Shown here in pieces: positions 20,444 through 35,496 of a stretch of DNA of 57,407 bases. Source of the stretch: Escherichia coli (lineage in GTDB: Bacteria > Pseudomonadota > Gammaproteobacteria > Enterobacterales > Enterobacteriaceae); the NCBI RefSeq assembly GCF_003334315.1, contig NZ_QOWR01000028.1; one strand, 5' to 3'. The notes under the pieces are model-generated. The model searched no databases. It was not told the DNA's origin and was given only the letters and a program-made list of their open reading frames with translations. Each line of letters starts with the position of its first letter. Within the stretch, counting starts at the first letter, position 1. The position numbers were made by a program, and so were the translations under genes.

Positions 20444-22384
20444 ATGAGATTAACGACGAAATTTTCGGCCTTTGTTACGCTGCTCACCGGGTTAACAATT
20501 TTTGTGACTTTGCTGGGCTGTTCGCTAAGTTTCTACAACGCCATTCAGTATAAGTTTAGTCATCGCGTTCAGGCGGTGGCGACGGCGATTGATACCCACC
20601 TTGTGTCGAATGACTTCAGCGTATTAAGGCCACAAATTACCGAATTAATGATGTCGGCAGATATCGTTCGTGTAGACCTGCTCCATGGTGATAAACAGGT
20701 TTATACCCTGGCCAGAAATGGTAGTTATCGTCCAGTTGGCTCCAGCGATCTGTTTCGCGAACTGAGCGTTCCGTTGATAAAGCATCCGGGGATGTCGTTG
20801 CGTCTGGTTTATCAGGATCCGATGGGCAACTATTTCCATTCGTTGATGACCACCGCGCCGCTCACGGGGGCGATTGGCTTTATCATTGTTATGCTCTTCC
20901 TGGCGGTACGCTGGTTACAACGGCAACTTGCCGGGCAAGAATTGCTGGAAACCCGGGCTACTCGTATCTTAAACGGTGAGCGTGGCTCTAATGTGTTGGG
21001 AACCATCTATGAATGGCCGCCCAGAACCAGCAGTGCGCTGGATACGCTGCTTCGTGAAATTCAGAACGCACGCGAACAACACAGCCGTCTTGATACGCTG
21101 ATCCGCTCTTATGCCGCCCAGGACGTGAAAACCGGCCTCAATAACCGACTCTTTTTCGATAATCAGTTAGCAACGTTACTGGAAGATCAGGAGAAAGTAG
21201 GTACCCACGGGATCGTGATGATGATTCGTCTGCCGGATTTCAATATGTTGAGCGATACCTGGGGGCACAGCCAGGTTGAAGAACAGTTCTTCACTCTGAC
21301 GAATCTGCTGTCGACATTTATGATGCGCTACCCTGGCGCACTGCTGGCGCGTTACCACCGCAGTGATTTTGCTGCGCTGTTACCGCACCGGACGTTAAAA
21401 GAGGCAGAGAGCATCGCCGGTCAGTTAATCAAAGCCGTTGATACCTTGCCGAACAATAAAATGCTCGATCGCGACGATATGATCCACATTGGTATCTGCG
21501 CCTGGCGTAGTGGTCAGGATACCGAGCAGGTAATGGAACATGCAGAGTCTGCCACGCGTAATGCGGGATTGCAGGGCGGCAATAGCTGGGCTATTTACGA
21601 TGACTCGTTGCCTGAAAAAGGACGCGGTAATGTTCGCTGGCGTACGCTTATCGAGCAAATGCTCAGTCGCGGCGGCCCGCGCCTTTATCAAAAACCGGCG
21701 GTTACTCGCGAAGGTCAGGTTCATCATCGCGAACTCATGTGCCGCATCTTCGATGGTAATGAAGAGGTTAGCTCGGCGGAGTATATGCCGATGGTCTTGC
21801 AGTTTGGCTTATCGGAAGAGTATGACCGTCTGCAAATCAGCCGTCTTATTCCACTATTGCGTTACTGGCCAGAGGAAAATCTGGCGATTCAGGTTACCGT
21901 TGAGTCGCTGATTCGCCCGCGTTTTCAGCGTTGGCTGCGCGATACGTTAATGCAATGTGAAAAATCACAACGAAAACGCATAATTATTGAACTTGCAGAG
22001 GCCGATGTAGGTCAACATATCAGTCGTTTACAACCTGTTATTCGTTTAGTGAATGCTTTAGGGGTACGGGTAGCCGTCAACCAGGCTGGTTTGACGCTGG
22101 TAAGTACCAGTTGGATCAAAGAACTTAATGTTGAGTTACTCAAGCTCCATCCGGGGCTGGTCAGAAACATTGAGAAGCGAACGGAGAACCAGCTGCTGGT
22201 TCAAAGCCTGGTGGAAGCCTGCTCCGGGACCAGCACCCAGGTTTACGCCACCGGCGTGCGTTCGCGAAGCGAGTGGCAGACCCTGATTCAGCGCGGTGTT
22301 ACAGGCGGGCAAGGGGATTTTTTCGCGTCCTCACAGCCACTTGATACTAACGTGAAAAAATATTCACAAAGATACTCGGTTTAA
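20444..22384 (+). CDS. csrD: RNase E specificity factor CsrD (degenerate GGDEF-EAL protein)
   Basis: 646 aa; N-terminal TM segments; GGDEF site degenerated to HRSDF and EAL to ELM. Confidence 0.96.
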   Translation: MRLTTKFSAFVTLLTGLTIFVTLLGCSLSFYNAIQYKFSHRVQAVATAIDTHLVSNDFSVLRPQITELMMSADIVRVDLLHGDKQVYTLARNGSYRPVGSSDLFRELSVPLIKHPGMSLRLVYQDPMGNYFHSLMTTAPLTGAIGFIIVMLFLAVRWLQRQLAGQELLETRATRILNGERGSNVLGTIYEWPPRTSSALDTLLREIQNAREQHSRLDTLIRSYAAQDVKTGLNNRLFFDNQLATLLEDQEKVGTHGIVMMIRLPDFNMLSDTWGHSQVEEQFFTLTNLLSTFMMRYPGALLARYHRSDFAALLPHRTLKEAESIAGQLIKAVDTLPNNKMLDRDDMIHIGICAWRSGQDTEQVMEHAESATRNAGLQGGNSWAIYDDSLPEKGRGNVRWRTLIEQMLSRGGPRLYQKPAVTREGQVHHRELMCRIFDGNEEVSSAEYMPMVLQFGLSEEYDRLQISRLIPLLRYWPEENLAIQVTVESLIRPRFQRWLRDTLMQCEKSQRKRIIIELAEADVGQHISRLQPVIRLVNALGVRVAVNQAGLTLVSTSWIKELNVELLKLHPGLVRNIEKRTENQLLVQSLVEACSGTSTQVYATGVRSRSEWQTLIQRGVTGGQGDFFASSQPLDTNVKKYSQRYSV

Positions 22385-22562
22385 CCTGCCGTTTAATCCG
22401 TTTTCACGTAGAATAACGCGCGCTGCGTCTCATGGGAGTGTGCTTGTCTGCTCGCCAGATTGTTGCAGCACATATGCAGATGAATGACCTTACGCGGTTG
22501 CAAACAGGCGAGGAATGCTGCTGATGCATTAAGCCTTTCTGGACTCAGGCAGAGATTTGTAA

Positions 22563-23732
<1,170 letters not shown>

Positions 23733-23797
23733 TCGGATGCAGGCAGGGGAAGTGTCTGTTTACCCTGCCTGGTCTGATACGAGAATACGCATAACTT

Positions 23798-25389
<1,592 letters not shown>

Positions 25390-25397
25390 AGGTTTCT

Positions 25398-25991
25398 ATG
25401 ACTTCTCTGTATTTAGCTTCCGGTTCTCCGCGTCGTCAGGAGTTACTTGCGCAACTTGGCGTGACCTTTGAACGTATTGTTACGGGCATTGAGGAGCAGC
25501 GTCAGCCGCAGGAGAGCGCGCAGCAGTATGTTGTGCGTCTGGCACGCGAGAAAGCACAAGCGGGTGTCGCGCAAACGGCGCAGGATCTCCCGGTGCTGGG
25601 TGCGGATACTATCGTTATCCTGAACGGAGAAGTGCTGGAGAAACCGCGCGACGCAGAGCATGCGGCGCAGATGTTGCGCAAATTATCGGGTCAGACCCAT
25701 CAGGTGATGACGGCAGTGGCGTTGGCTGACAGCCAGCACATTCTCGATTGCCTGGTGGTCACCGATGTGACTTTCAGAACGTTAACAGACGAAGACATCG
25801 CGGGCTATGTCGCCAGCGGTGAACCGTTAGATAAAGCAGGTGCATACGGTATTCAGGGGCTGGGTGGCTGTTTTGTCAGGAAGATAAATGGCAGCTATCA
25901 CGCCGTAGTCGGCTTACCGCTGGTTGAAACGTATGAATTATTAAGTAATTTTAACGCACTGCGTGAGAAAAGGGATAAACATGACGGCTGA
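25398..25991 (+). CDS. yhdE: Maf-family nucleoside triphosphate pyrophosphatase (dTTP/UTP)
   Basis: 197 aa; Maf motif [12 protein letters not shown]. Confidence 0.96.
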   Translation: MTSLYLASGSPRRQELLAQLGVTFERIVTGIEEQRQPQESAQQYVVRLAREKAQAGVAQTAQDLPVLGADTIVILNGEVLEKPRDAEHAAQMLRKLSGQTHQVMTAVALADSQHILDCLVVTDVTFRTLTDEDIAGYVASGEPLDKAGAYGIQGLGGCFVRKINGSYHAVVGLPLVETYELLSNFNALREKRDKHDG

Positions 25992-27450
25992 ATTGTTAGT
26001 AAACGTAACGCCTTCGGAAACGCGAGTGGCGTATATTGATGGCGGTATTCTGCAGGAAATTCATATTGAACGTGAGGCGCGACGCGGAATAGTAGGCAAT
26101 ATCTACAAGGGTCGTGTAAGTCGTGTACTTCCGGGTATGCAGGCGGCTTTTGTAGATATTGGGCTGGATAAAGCCGCGTTTCTTCATGCATCTGACATCA
26201 TGCCGCACACCGAATGTGTGGCGGGTGAAGAACAAAAGCAATTCACGGTGCGCGACATCTCGGAACTGGTTCGTCAGGGGCAAGATCTGATGGTGCAGGT
26301 GGTGAAAGATCCGCTTGGCACTAAAGGTGCGCGCCTGACCACCGATATCACGCTGCCTTCTCGCTATCTGGTGTTTATGCCAGGGGCTTCTCACGTTGGG
26401 GTTTCCCAACGTATTGAAAGCGAATCAGAACGTGAACGCCTGAAAAAAGTGGTCGCAGAGTATTGCGACGAGCAGGGCGGGTTTATCATCCGTACCGCAG
26501 CGGAAGGGGTTGGCGAGGCTGAACTGGCCTCCGATGCCGCTTATCTGAAACGCGTCTGGACCAAAGTTATGGAGCGTAAAAAACGCCCGCAGACCCGTTA
26601 TCAGCTGTACGGCGAACTGGCGCTGGCGCAGCGTGTTCTGCGTGATTTCGCCGACGCCGAACTGGACCGCATTCGCGTTGACTCACGCCTGACTTACGAA
26701 GCATTGCTGGAGTTTACCTCGGAGTACATTCCCGAGATGACCAGCAAGCTGGAGCATTACACCGGACGCCAGCCGATTTTCGATCTCTTTGATGTCGAAA
26801 ACGAAATCCAGCGAGCGCTGGAACGCAAAGTAGAACTGAAATCCGGTGGTTATCTGATTATCGACCAGACCGAAGCGATGACCACCGTGGACATCAATAC
26901 CGGAGCGTTTGTCGGTCATCGCAATCTGGACGACACCATTTTCAATACCAATATTGAAGCGACGCAGGCTATCGCTCGCCAGTTACGGTTGCGTAATCTG
27001 GGCGGGATTATCATTATTGATTTCATCGATATGAATAATGAAGATCACCGCCGCCGCGTGCTGCACTCGCTGGAGCAGGCGTTGAGCAAAGACCGGGTGA
27101 AAACCAGCGTTAATGGTTTTTCGGCGCTGGGGCTGGTGGAGATGACGCGTAAACGCACCCGCGAAAGCATTGAGCACGTACTGTGTAACGAATGCCCAAC
27201 CTGCCACGGTCGCGGAACGGTGAAAACCGTGGAAACGGTATGCTATGAAATCATGCGCGAGATTGTTCGTGTCCACCATGCTTACGATTCCGACCGTTTC
27301 CTGGTCTATGCTTCTCCGGCAGTAGCCGAAGCCTTGAAAGGCGAAGAGTCACACTCGCTGGCGGAAGTGGAAATTTTCGTTGGCAAACAGGTTAAAGTAC
27401 AAATTGAACCGCTCTATAACCAGGAGCAGTTTGACGTCGTAATGATGTAA
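25981..27450 (+). CDS. rng: ribonuclease G
   Basis: ORF from 25963; known start [17 protein letters not shown] (489 aa); S1 domain plus RNase E/G catalytic domain; overlaps yhdE end. Confidence 0.97.
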
Positions 27451-27517
27451 ACAGATGCTGGGCCGCCATCCGGCAAAGGGTTTTTGAGTCACATTTTTAG
27501 CAGACAAGGAGTGACGG

Positions 27518-30500
27518 GTGAGGCGATTGCCGGGGATTTTACTGCTTACTGGAGCCGCGCTCGTTGTGATCGCTGCCCTGCTGGTTAGCGGCCTGCGTAT
27601 TGCTTTACCGCATCTTGACGCCTGGCGTCCGGAAATCCTCAACAAAATAGAATCCGCGACTGGCATGCCGGTTGAAGCCAGTCAGCTCTCAGCCAGCTGG
27701 CAGAATTTTGGCCCGACGCTTGAAGCACACGACATCCGTGCAGAACTAAAAGATGGCGGCGAATTTTCGGTTAAACGCGTTACTCTGGCGCTGGATGTCT
27801 GGCAGAGCCTGTTACATATGCGCTGGCAGTTTCGCGATCTCACTTTCTGGCAGCTGCGCTTTCGCACCAACACTCCTATCACCAGCGGTGGTAGCGATGA
27901 CAGTCTGGAAGCCAGCCACATCAGCGATCTGTTTCTTCGTCAATTTGACCATTTCGATCTCCGCGACAGTGAAGTCAGTTTCCTGACGCCATCCGGTCAG
28001 CGCGCCGAGCTGGCGATCCCACAACTCACCTGGCTGAACGATCCACGTCGACACCGTGCGGAAGGTCTGGTAAGCCTCTCCAGCCTTACCGGACAGCACG
28101 GCGTAATGCAGGTGCGCATGGATTTGCGCGATGATGAGGGCTTGTTAAGCAATGGTCGCGTCTGGCTCCAGGCGGATGACATCGACCTGAAGCCGTGGCT
28201 CGGTAAATGGATGCAGGACAATATTGCGCTGGAAACGGCGCAGTTCTCCCTTGAAGGCTGGATGACGATCGATAAAGGCGATGTAACCGGTGGCGACGTC
28301 TGGCTGAAACAGGGCGGTGCCAGCTGGTTGGGCGAGAAGCAAACGCATACGCTGTCGGTGAATAATCTGACCGCGCATATTACGCGTGAAAATCCGGGCT
28401 GGCAGTTCTCTATTCCCGATACACGGATCACGATGGACGGCAAACCCTGGCCGAGCGGAGCATTGACGCTAGCCTGGATACCGGAACAGGACGTTGGCGG
28501 CAAAGACAATAAACGCAGTGACGAACTCCGGATTCGCGCCAGTAATCTGGAGCTGGCAGGCCTGGAGGGCATACGCCCGCTGGCCGCGAAACTTTCACCT
28601 GCACTGGGTGATGTTTGGCGCTCCACACAACCGAGCGGCAAGATTAACACTCTGGCGCTGGATATCCCGCTTCAGGCGGCAGACAAGACCCGTTTTCAGG
28701 CATCGTGGAGCGATCTGGCCTGGAAGCAATGGAAATTATTACCGGGTGCGGAACACTTCTCCGGGACGCTTTCCGGCAGCGTTGAAAATGGTTTGCTTAC
28801 CGCGTCGATGAAGCAGGCAAAGATGCCTTACGAAACGGTATTCCGTGCGCCACTGGAAATCGCCGACGGCCAGGCAACTATAAGCTGGCTGAACAATGAC
28901 AAAGGTTTCCAGCTGGATGGGAGTGATATTGACGTTAAAGCCAAAGCCGTCCATGCGCGCGGCGGTTTTCGTTACCTGCAACCTGCTAACGATGAACCCT
29001 GGCTGGGTATTCTGGCTGGCATCAGTACCGATGATGGTTCACAAGCCTGGCGCTATTTCCCGGAAAACTTGATGGGTAAAGACCTGGTTGATTACTTAAG
29101 TGGCGCGATTCAGGGCGGTGAAGCGGATAACGCGACGCTGGTTTATGGTGGCAATCCGCAACTCTTCCCCTATAAACACAACGAAGGTCAGTTTGAAGTG
29201 CTGGTGCCGCTGCGCAACGCGAAGTTTGCCTTCCAGCCGGACTGGCCTGCATTAACTAACCTTGATATTGAACTGGACTTTATTAACGACGGTTTATGGA
29301 TGAAAACCGATGGCGTTAATCTGGGCGGCGTGCGCGCGAGTAATCTCACCGCAGTGATCCCTGACTACTCGAAAGAAAAACTGCTGATTGACGCTGACAT
29401 TAAAGGTCCGGGTAAAGCCGTTGGCCCTTACTTTGATGAGACACCGCTGAAAGATTCTCTGGGGGCGACCCTGCAAGAACTCCAGCTCGACGGCGATGTG
29501 AATGCTCGCTTACATCTTGATATCCCGCTGAACGGCGAACTGGTAACCGCGAAAGGTGAAGTGACGCTGCGTAATAACAGTCTGTTTATCAAACCACTCG
29601 ACAGCACCCTGAAAAATTTGAGCGGTAAATTCAGCTTTATCAATAGCGATCTGCAAAGTGAACCACTGACAGCAAGCTGGTTTAATCAGCCGTTGAACGT
29701 GGATTTTTCCACCAAAGAAGGGGCAAAAGCCTACCAGGTAGCGGTAAACCTCAACGGTAACTGGCAACCGGCGAAAACCGGCGTTCTGCCTGAAGCGGTG
29801 AACGAAGCATTGAGTGGCAGCGTGGCGTGGGATGGTAAAGTGGGCATTGATCTGCCTTATCATGCTGGTGCGACCTATAACATAGAGCTGAACGGCGATC
29901 TAAAGAATGTGAGCAGTCACTTACCTTCACCGTTAGCCAAACCTGCGGGTGAACCACTAGCGGTAAACGTTAAGGTTGATGGCAATCTCAACAGCTTTGA
30001 ATTAACCGGACAGGCTGGTGCGGATAATCATTTCAATAGCCGCTGGTTGCTCGGTCAAAAGCTGACGCTCGACCGTGCTATTTGGGCGGCAGACAGTAAA
30101 ACGCTCCCGCCGTTGCCGGAACAAAGTGGTGTTGAACTCAATATGCCGCCGATGAATGGTGCCGAGTGGCTGGCCCTGTTTCAGAAAGGTGCGGCGGAGA
30201 GTGTCGGTGGTGCAGCGAGTTTCCCACAACACATAACGTTACGTACGCCTATGTTGTCGCTGGGAAATCAGCAATGGAATAACCTGAGTATTGTTTCGCA
30301 ACCGACGGCAAATGGCACCCAGGTTGAGGCGCAAGGGCGTGAAATCAACGCCACGCTGGCGATGCGTAATAACGCGCCGTGGCTGGCGAATATCAAATAT
30401 CTTTATTACAACCCGAGCGTGGCGAAAACTCGTGGTGATTCAACGCCGTCATCACCTTTCCCGACAACGGAGCGCATTAACTTCCGTGGCTGGCCGGACG

Positions 30501-31318
30501 CACAAATACGATGCGCAGAGTGCTGGTTCTGGGGGCAAAAATTCGGTCGTATTGACAGTGATCTCACCATTTCTGGCGATACATTAACGCTGACCAATGG
30601 ACTGATTGATACTGGTTTCTCGCGGCTTACTGCCGATGGTGAATGGGTTAATAATCCGGGGAATGAACGTACCTCGCTGAAAGGAAAACTGCGCGGGCAG
30701 AAAATTGATGCCGCCGCAGAATTTTTTGGTGTCACGACGCCCATACGCCAGTCGTCATTTAATGTGGATTACGATTTACACTGGCGCAAAGCACCCTGGC
30801 AGCCAGATGAAGCGACGTTGAATGGCATCATTCATACTCAACTGGGTAAAGGCGAAATTACCGAAATCAATACCGGACATGCCGGGCAATTGCTGCGCTT
30901 ATTGAGCGTAGATGCCCTGATGCGTAAGCTGCGTTTTGATTTCAGAGACACTTTTGGCGAAGGGTTCTATTTTGACTCCATTCGCAGCACCGCGTGGATT
31001 AAAGACGGCGTTATGCACACCGACGACACGCTGGTGGATGGCCTGGAGGCGGATATCGCCATGAAAGGGTCGGTAAATCTGGTACGTCGCGACCTGAATA
31101 TGGAAGCGGTTGTCGCACCAGAGATTTCTGCGACGGTGGGCGTGGCTGCGGCTTTTGCGGTTAACCCCATTGTTGGCGCGGCAGTGTTTGCCGCCAGTAA
31201 AGTGCTGGGGCCGCTGTGGAGCAAAGTCTCCATTTTGCGCTATCACATTTCGGGTCCGCTGGACGATCCGCAAATCAACGAAGTGTTGCGCCAACCGCGT
31301 AAAGAAAAAGCGCAATGA
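27518..31318 (+). CDS. yhdP: AsmA-like large envelope-spanning protein (phospholipid transport to outer membrane)
   Basis: 1266 aa; single N-terminal TM anchor then long periplasmic region. Confidence 0.95.
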   Translation: MRRLPGILLLTGAALVVIAALLVSGLRIALPHLDAWRPEILNKIESATGMPVEASQLSASWQNFGPTLEAHDIRAELKDGGEFSVKRVTLALDVWQSLLHMRWQFRDLTFWQLRFRTNTPITSGGSDDSLEASHISDLFLRQFDHFDLRDSEVSFLTPSGQRAELAIPQLTWLNDPRRHRAEGLVSLSSLTGQHGVMQVRMDLRDDEGLLSNGRVWLQADDIDLKPWLGKWMQDNIALETAQFSLEGWMTIDKGDVTGGDVWLKQGGASWLGEKQTHTLSVNNLTAHITRENPGWQFSIPDTRITMDGKPWPSGALTLAWIPEQDVGGKDNKRSDELRIRASNLELAGLEGIRPLAAKLSPALGDVWRSTQPSGKINTLALDIPLQAADKTRFQASWSDLAWKQWKLLPGAEHFSGTLSGSVENGLLTASMKQAKMPYETVFRAPLEIADGQATISWLNNDKGFQLDGSDIDVKAKAVHARGGFRYLQPANDEPWLGILAGISTDDGSQAWRYFPENLMGKDLVDYLSGAIQGGEADNATLVYGGNPQLFPYKHNEGQFEVLVPLRNAKFAFQPDWPALTNLDIELDFINDGLWMKTDGVNLGGVRASNLTAVIPDYSKEKLLIDADIKGPGKAVGPYFDETPLKDSLGATLQELQLDGDVNARLHLDIPLNGELVTAKGEVTLRNNSLFIKPLDSTLKNLSGKFSFINSDLQSEPLTASWFNQPLNVDFSTKEGAKAYQVAVNLNGNWQPAKTGVLPEAVNEALSGSVAWDGKVGIDLPYHAGATYNIELNGDLKNVSSHLPSPLAKPAGEPLAVNVKVDGNLNSFELTGQAGADNHFNSRWLLGQKLTLDRAIWAADSKTLPPLPEQSGVELNMPPMNGAEWLALFQKGAAESVGGAASFPQHITLRTPMLSLGNQQWNNLSIVSQPTANGTQVEAQGREINATLAMRNNAPWLANIKYLYYNPSVAKTRGDSTPSSPFPTTERINFRGWPDAQIRCAECWFWGQKFGRIDSDLTISGDTLTLTNGLIDTGFSRLTADGEWVNNPGNERTSLKGKLRGQKIDAAAEFFGVTTPIRQSSFNVDYDLHWRKAPWQPDEATLNGIIHTQLGKGEITEINTGHAGQLLRLLSVDALMRKLRFDFRDTFGEGFYFDSIRSTAWIKDGVMHTDDTLVDGLEADIAMKGSVNLVRRDLNMEAVVAPEISATVGVAAAFAVNPIVGAAVFAASKVLGPLWSKVSILRYHISGPLDDPQINEVLRQPRKEKAQ

Positions 31319-31382
31319 TTTGACGAGGGCGCGTAATTGCCCCAATCTCATAGGATAATCGTTGCCAAAGGCCAACGAGCCA

Positions 31383-31615
31383 GAACATAACCGTAGGTCG
31401 GATAGGGCGTTCACGCCGCATCCGGCAGCCGTTGCCTGATGCGACGCTGTGCGTCTTATCAGGCCTACAAACGGAACATAACCGTAGGTCGGATAAGGCG
31501 TTTACGCCGCATCCGACAGCCGTTGCCTGATGCGACGCTGTGCGTCTTATCAGGCCTACAAACCGGAACATAACCGTAGGCTGGATAGGGCGTTCACGCC
31601 GCATCCGGCAGCCGT
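31383..31615. repeat. BIME: tandem array of REP (palindromic unit) elements, about 2.5 copies of a ~91-bp composite
   Basis: AACATAACCGTAGGTCGGATAGGGCGTTCACGCCGCATCCGGCAGCCGTTGCCTGATGCGACGCTGTGCGTCTTATCAGGCCTACAAACGG repeated at 31383, 31474 and 31565 (last truncated). Confidence 0.92.
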
Positions 31616-31641
31616 AAAAAATCCTCTACTGCAGTAACTAA

Positions 31642-33102
<1,461 letters not shown>

Positions 33103-33152
33103 TAATTTCACTATTTTCAGAAGGATAATTAATCTTTCTACGTGCACGAACG

Positions 33153-33195
33153 GTCCCCTCGCCCCTTTGGGGAGAGGGTTAGGGTGAGGGGAACC
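33153..33195. repeat. GC-rich imperfect palindromic intergenic element (possibly Box C-like)
   Basis: CCCCTCGCCCCTTTGGGGAGAGGGTTAGGGTGAGGGGAACC between convergent tldD and aaeR; related motif at 51015-51050. Confidence 0.5.
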
Positions 33196-33235
33196 CGTTG
33201 GCACAGGTTTGAACAACGTAACAGTACAATATGAA

Positions 33236-34165
33236 TTACTTCTCTTTCCCGCGCCCATGCATCTCCTGAAACAATTTACCGACCTCAACAAAATAATCCG
33301 TCAGCGAGTTGATCACGACCTGTACCTTCAGCGGCAGTTTATCTTTTTCGGTATACAACGCATAAACCGGGCGTGGATCTGACTGGTAACGCGGCAGCAG
33401 GATCTCCAGCTCCCCACGATTGATCTCGTTGATCACCCACATCAGCGGCACGTAGGCGATCCCGGCACCCGCCGTCAGCCAGCGCACCAGCGTCATCGGA
33501 TCATTAGTCACAAATCTTCCTTGTGGGATCAGGCGAGTCGAGATCCCTTCCGGTGCGATCAGTTCAAATTCATTGTCGGGCCGCACGCTGTATTCAAGCC
33601 ATGAATGACTACTCAAATCGGCGGGTTTTTCCGGTATGCCGTATTGTGTGAGATAGCTTTTCGCGGCGCACACCACCATCGGCATCGCGCCCAGACGGCG
33701 GGAAAACAGGCTGGAATCCTGCAACGCGCCGACGCGGATTACCACATCCAGACCATCGGCAATCAGGTCGGGGGCAGGAATTCCGGTAACCAGATTGACG
33801 CTCAAACCTGGGTATTCTTTCAGCATTTTTGCTGTCAGCCCGGCGAGAACATTTTGTGCCATAGTTGAAGAACAGCCAATGCGCAGCGTCCCGATGGGGG
33901 TGTTATTGAAGGCATACAGTTGCTCATGAACATCCTGCACTTCATGGAGCATCCGACGGCAGCCCTGGTAGTAAATTCTGCCGGCTTCAGTCAGACCAAT
34001 GCTGCGTGTACTACGGTTTAACAGCTTTACCTGCAACTCATCTTCCAGTTTTGACACCGTCTGACTGATGGACGAAACGCTCATCTGTAGCTGTCTGGCG
34101 GCGGCGGTAAAAGAGCCAAATTCAACTACTTTGGCAAACACCGACATGCGTTTTAGTCGTTCCAT
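33236..34165 (-). CDS. aaeR: LysR-family transcriptional activator of aaeXAB
   Basis: 309 aa; N-terminal LysR HTH (FTAAARQLQMSVSSISQTVSKLE); divergent from aaeXAB. Confidence 0.95.
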   Translation of the reverse strand: MERLKRMSVFAKVVEFGSFTAAARQLQMSVSSISQTVSKLEDELQVKLLNRSTRSIGLTEAGRIYYQGCRRMLHEVQDVHEQLYAFNNTPIGTLRIGCSSTMAQNVLAGLTAKMLKEYPGLSVNLVTGIPAPDLIADGLDVVIRVGALQDSSLFSRRLGAMPMVVCAAKSYLTQYGIPEKPADLSSHSWLEYSVRPDNEFELIAPEGISTRLIPQGRFVTNDPMTLVRWLTAGAGIAYVPLMWVINEINRGELEILLPRYQSDPRPVYALYTEKDKLPLKVQVVINSLTDYFVEVGKLFQEMHGRGKEK

Positions 34166-34347
34166 TATTCACTCTGACTTAAAAGTGATTTAGATCACAT
34201 AATATAGATAACAGCATAACAGTTACGCTAATATATTAAATATCAATCTACAGCAATGTTGCTCTCGCCCGGCTTTCCATGCCCTTCTCTGCGGCGACAG
34301 ATGCTGAAAATAATAACGCCTGCTCTCTCTATACAACCAAGGTCGAC

Positions 34348-34551
34348 ATGAGTCTGTTTCCCGTTATCGTGGTGTTTGGGCTGTCCTTCCCACCGATATT
34401 TTTTGAATTGCTTTTATCACTGGCGATTTTCTGGCTGGTGCGCCGGGTACTTGTGCCAACAGGTATCTACGACTTTGTCTGGCATCCGGCGTTGTTCAAC
34501 ACCGCGCTCTATTGCTGCTTGTTTTATTTGATATCGCGACTGTTCGTTTGA
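34348..34551 (+). CDS. aaeX: small membrane protein AaeX
   Basis: ORF from 34279; known start [19 protein letters not shown] (67 aa). Confidence 0.88.
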
Positions 34552-34558
34552 GGTTGAA

Positions 34559-35491
34559 GTGAAAACACTAATAAGAAAATTCTCCCGTACGGCCATCACG
34601 GTCGTATTAGTCATTCTGGCCTTCATCGCAATTTTTAATGCCTGGGTCTATTACACCGAATCCCCGTGGACGCGTGACGCGCGCTTTAGCGCTGATGTCG
34701 TTGCGATCGCGCCGGACGTTTCTGGACTCATTACCCAGGTGAATGTTCATGATAACCAGCTGGTGAAAAAAGGACAGGTACTGTTCACCATCGACCAGCC
34801 GCGCTATCAAAAGGCGCTTGAGGAAGCGCAAGCCGATGTTGCTTATTATCAGGTACTGGCACAGGAGAAACGCCAGGAGGCCGGACGTCGTAATCGTCTC
34901 GGTGTGCAGGCGATGTCTCGCGAAGAGATCGACCAGGCCAACAACGTACTACAAACGGTTCTGCATCAGTTAGCGAAAGCGCAGGCGACCCGCGATCTGG
35001 CAAAACTGGATCTTGAACGCACGGTGATCCGCGCGCCAGCGGATGGCTGGGTGACCAACCTCAACGTCTATACCGGTGAGTTTATTACTCGTGGATCAAC
35101 GGCGGTTGCGCTGGTGAAACAGAACTCTTTCTATGTACTGGCCTATATGGAAGAAACTAAGCTGGAAGGGGTGCGCCCTGGGTATCGTGCAGAGATCACG
35201 CCGCTTGGCAGTAACAAAGTGCTGAAAGGGACTGTTGATAGTGTTGCCGCTGGGGTCACCAACGCCAGCAGCACGCGTGACGACAAAGGGATGGCGACCA
35301 TCGACTCTAACCTTGAATGGGTGCGTTTGGCGCAACGTGTTCCGGTTCGTATTCGTCTCGACAACCAGCAAGAGAACATCTGGCCTGCGGGCACCACTGC
35401 TACAGTGGTGGTCACTGGCAAACAAGATCGCGACGAAAGCCAGGATTCGTTCTTCCGTAAAATGGCCCATCGCCTGCGTGAGTTTGGTTAA
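34559..35491 (+). CDS. aaeA: p-hydroxybenzoic acid efflux pump membrane-fusion subunit
   Basis: 310 aa; N-terminal TM anchor, HlyD-family MFP. Confidence 0.95.
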
Positions 35492-35496
35492 TCACG

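Noticed and set aside
27997-28650. 217-aa minus-strand ORF, plus many other 60-170 aa ORFs between 27349 and 31604
   Set aside because: All lie antisense or out of frame within the 1266-aa yhdP gene or the REP/BIME array; Ser/Arg/Pro-rich composition typical of wrong-frame translation.
31383-31615. Possible CRISPR array
   Set aside because: The repeats are ~91-bp composites of REP palindromic units with no unique spacers and no cas genes nearby; this is a BIME.
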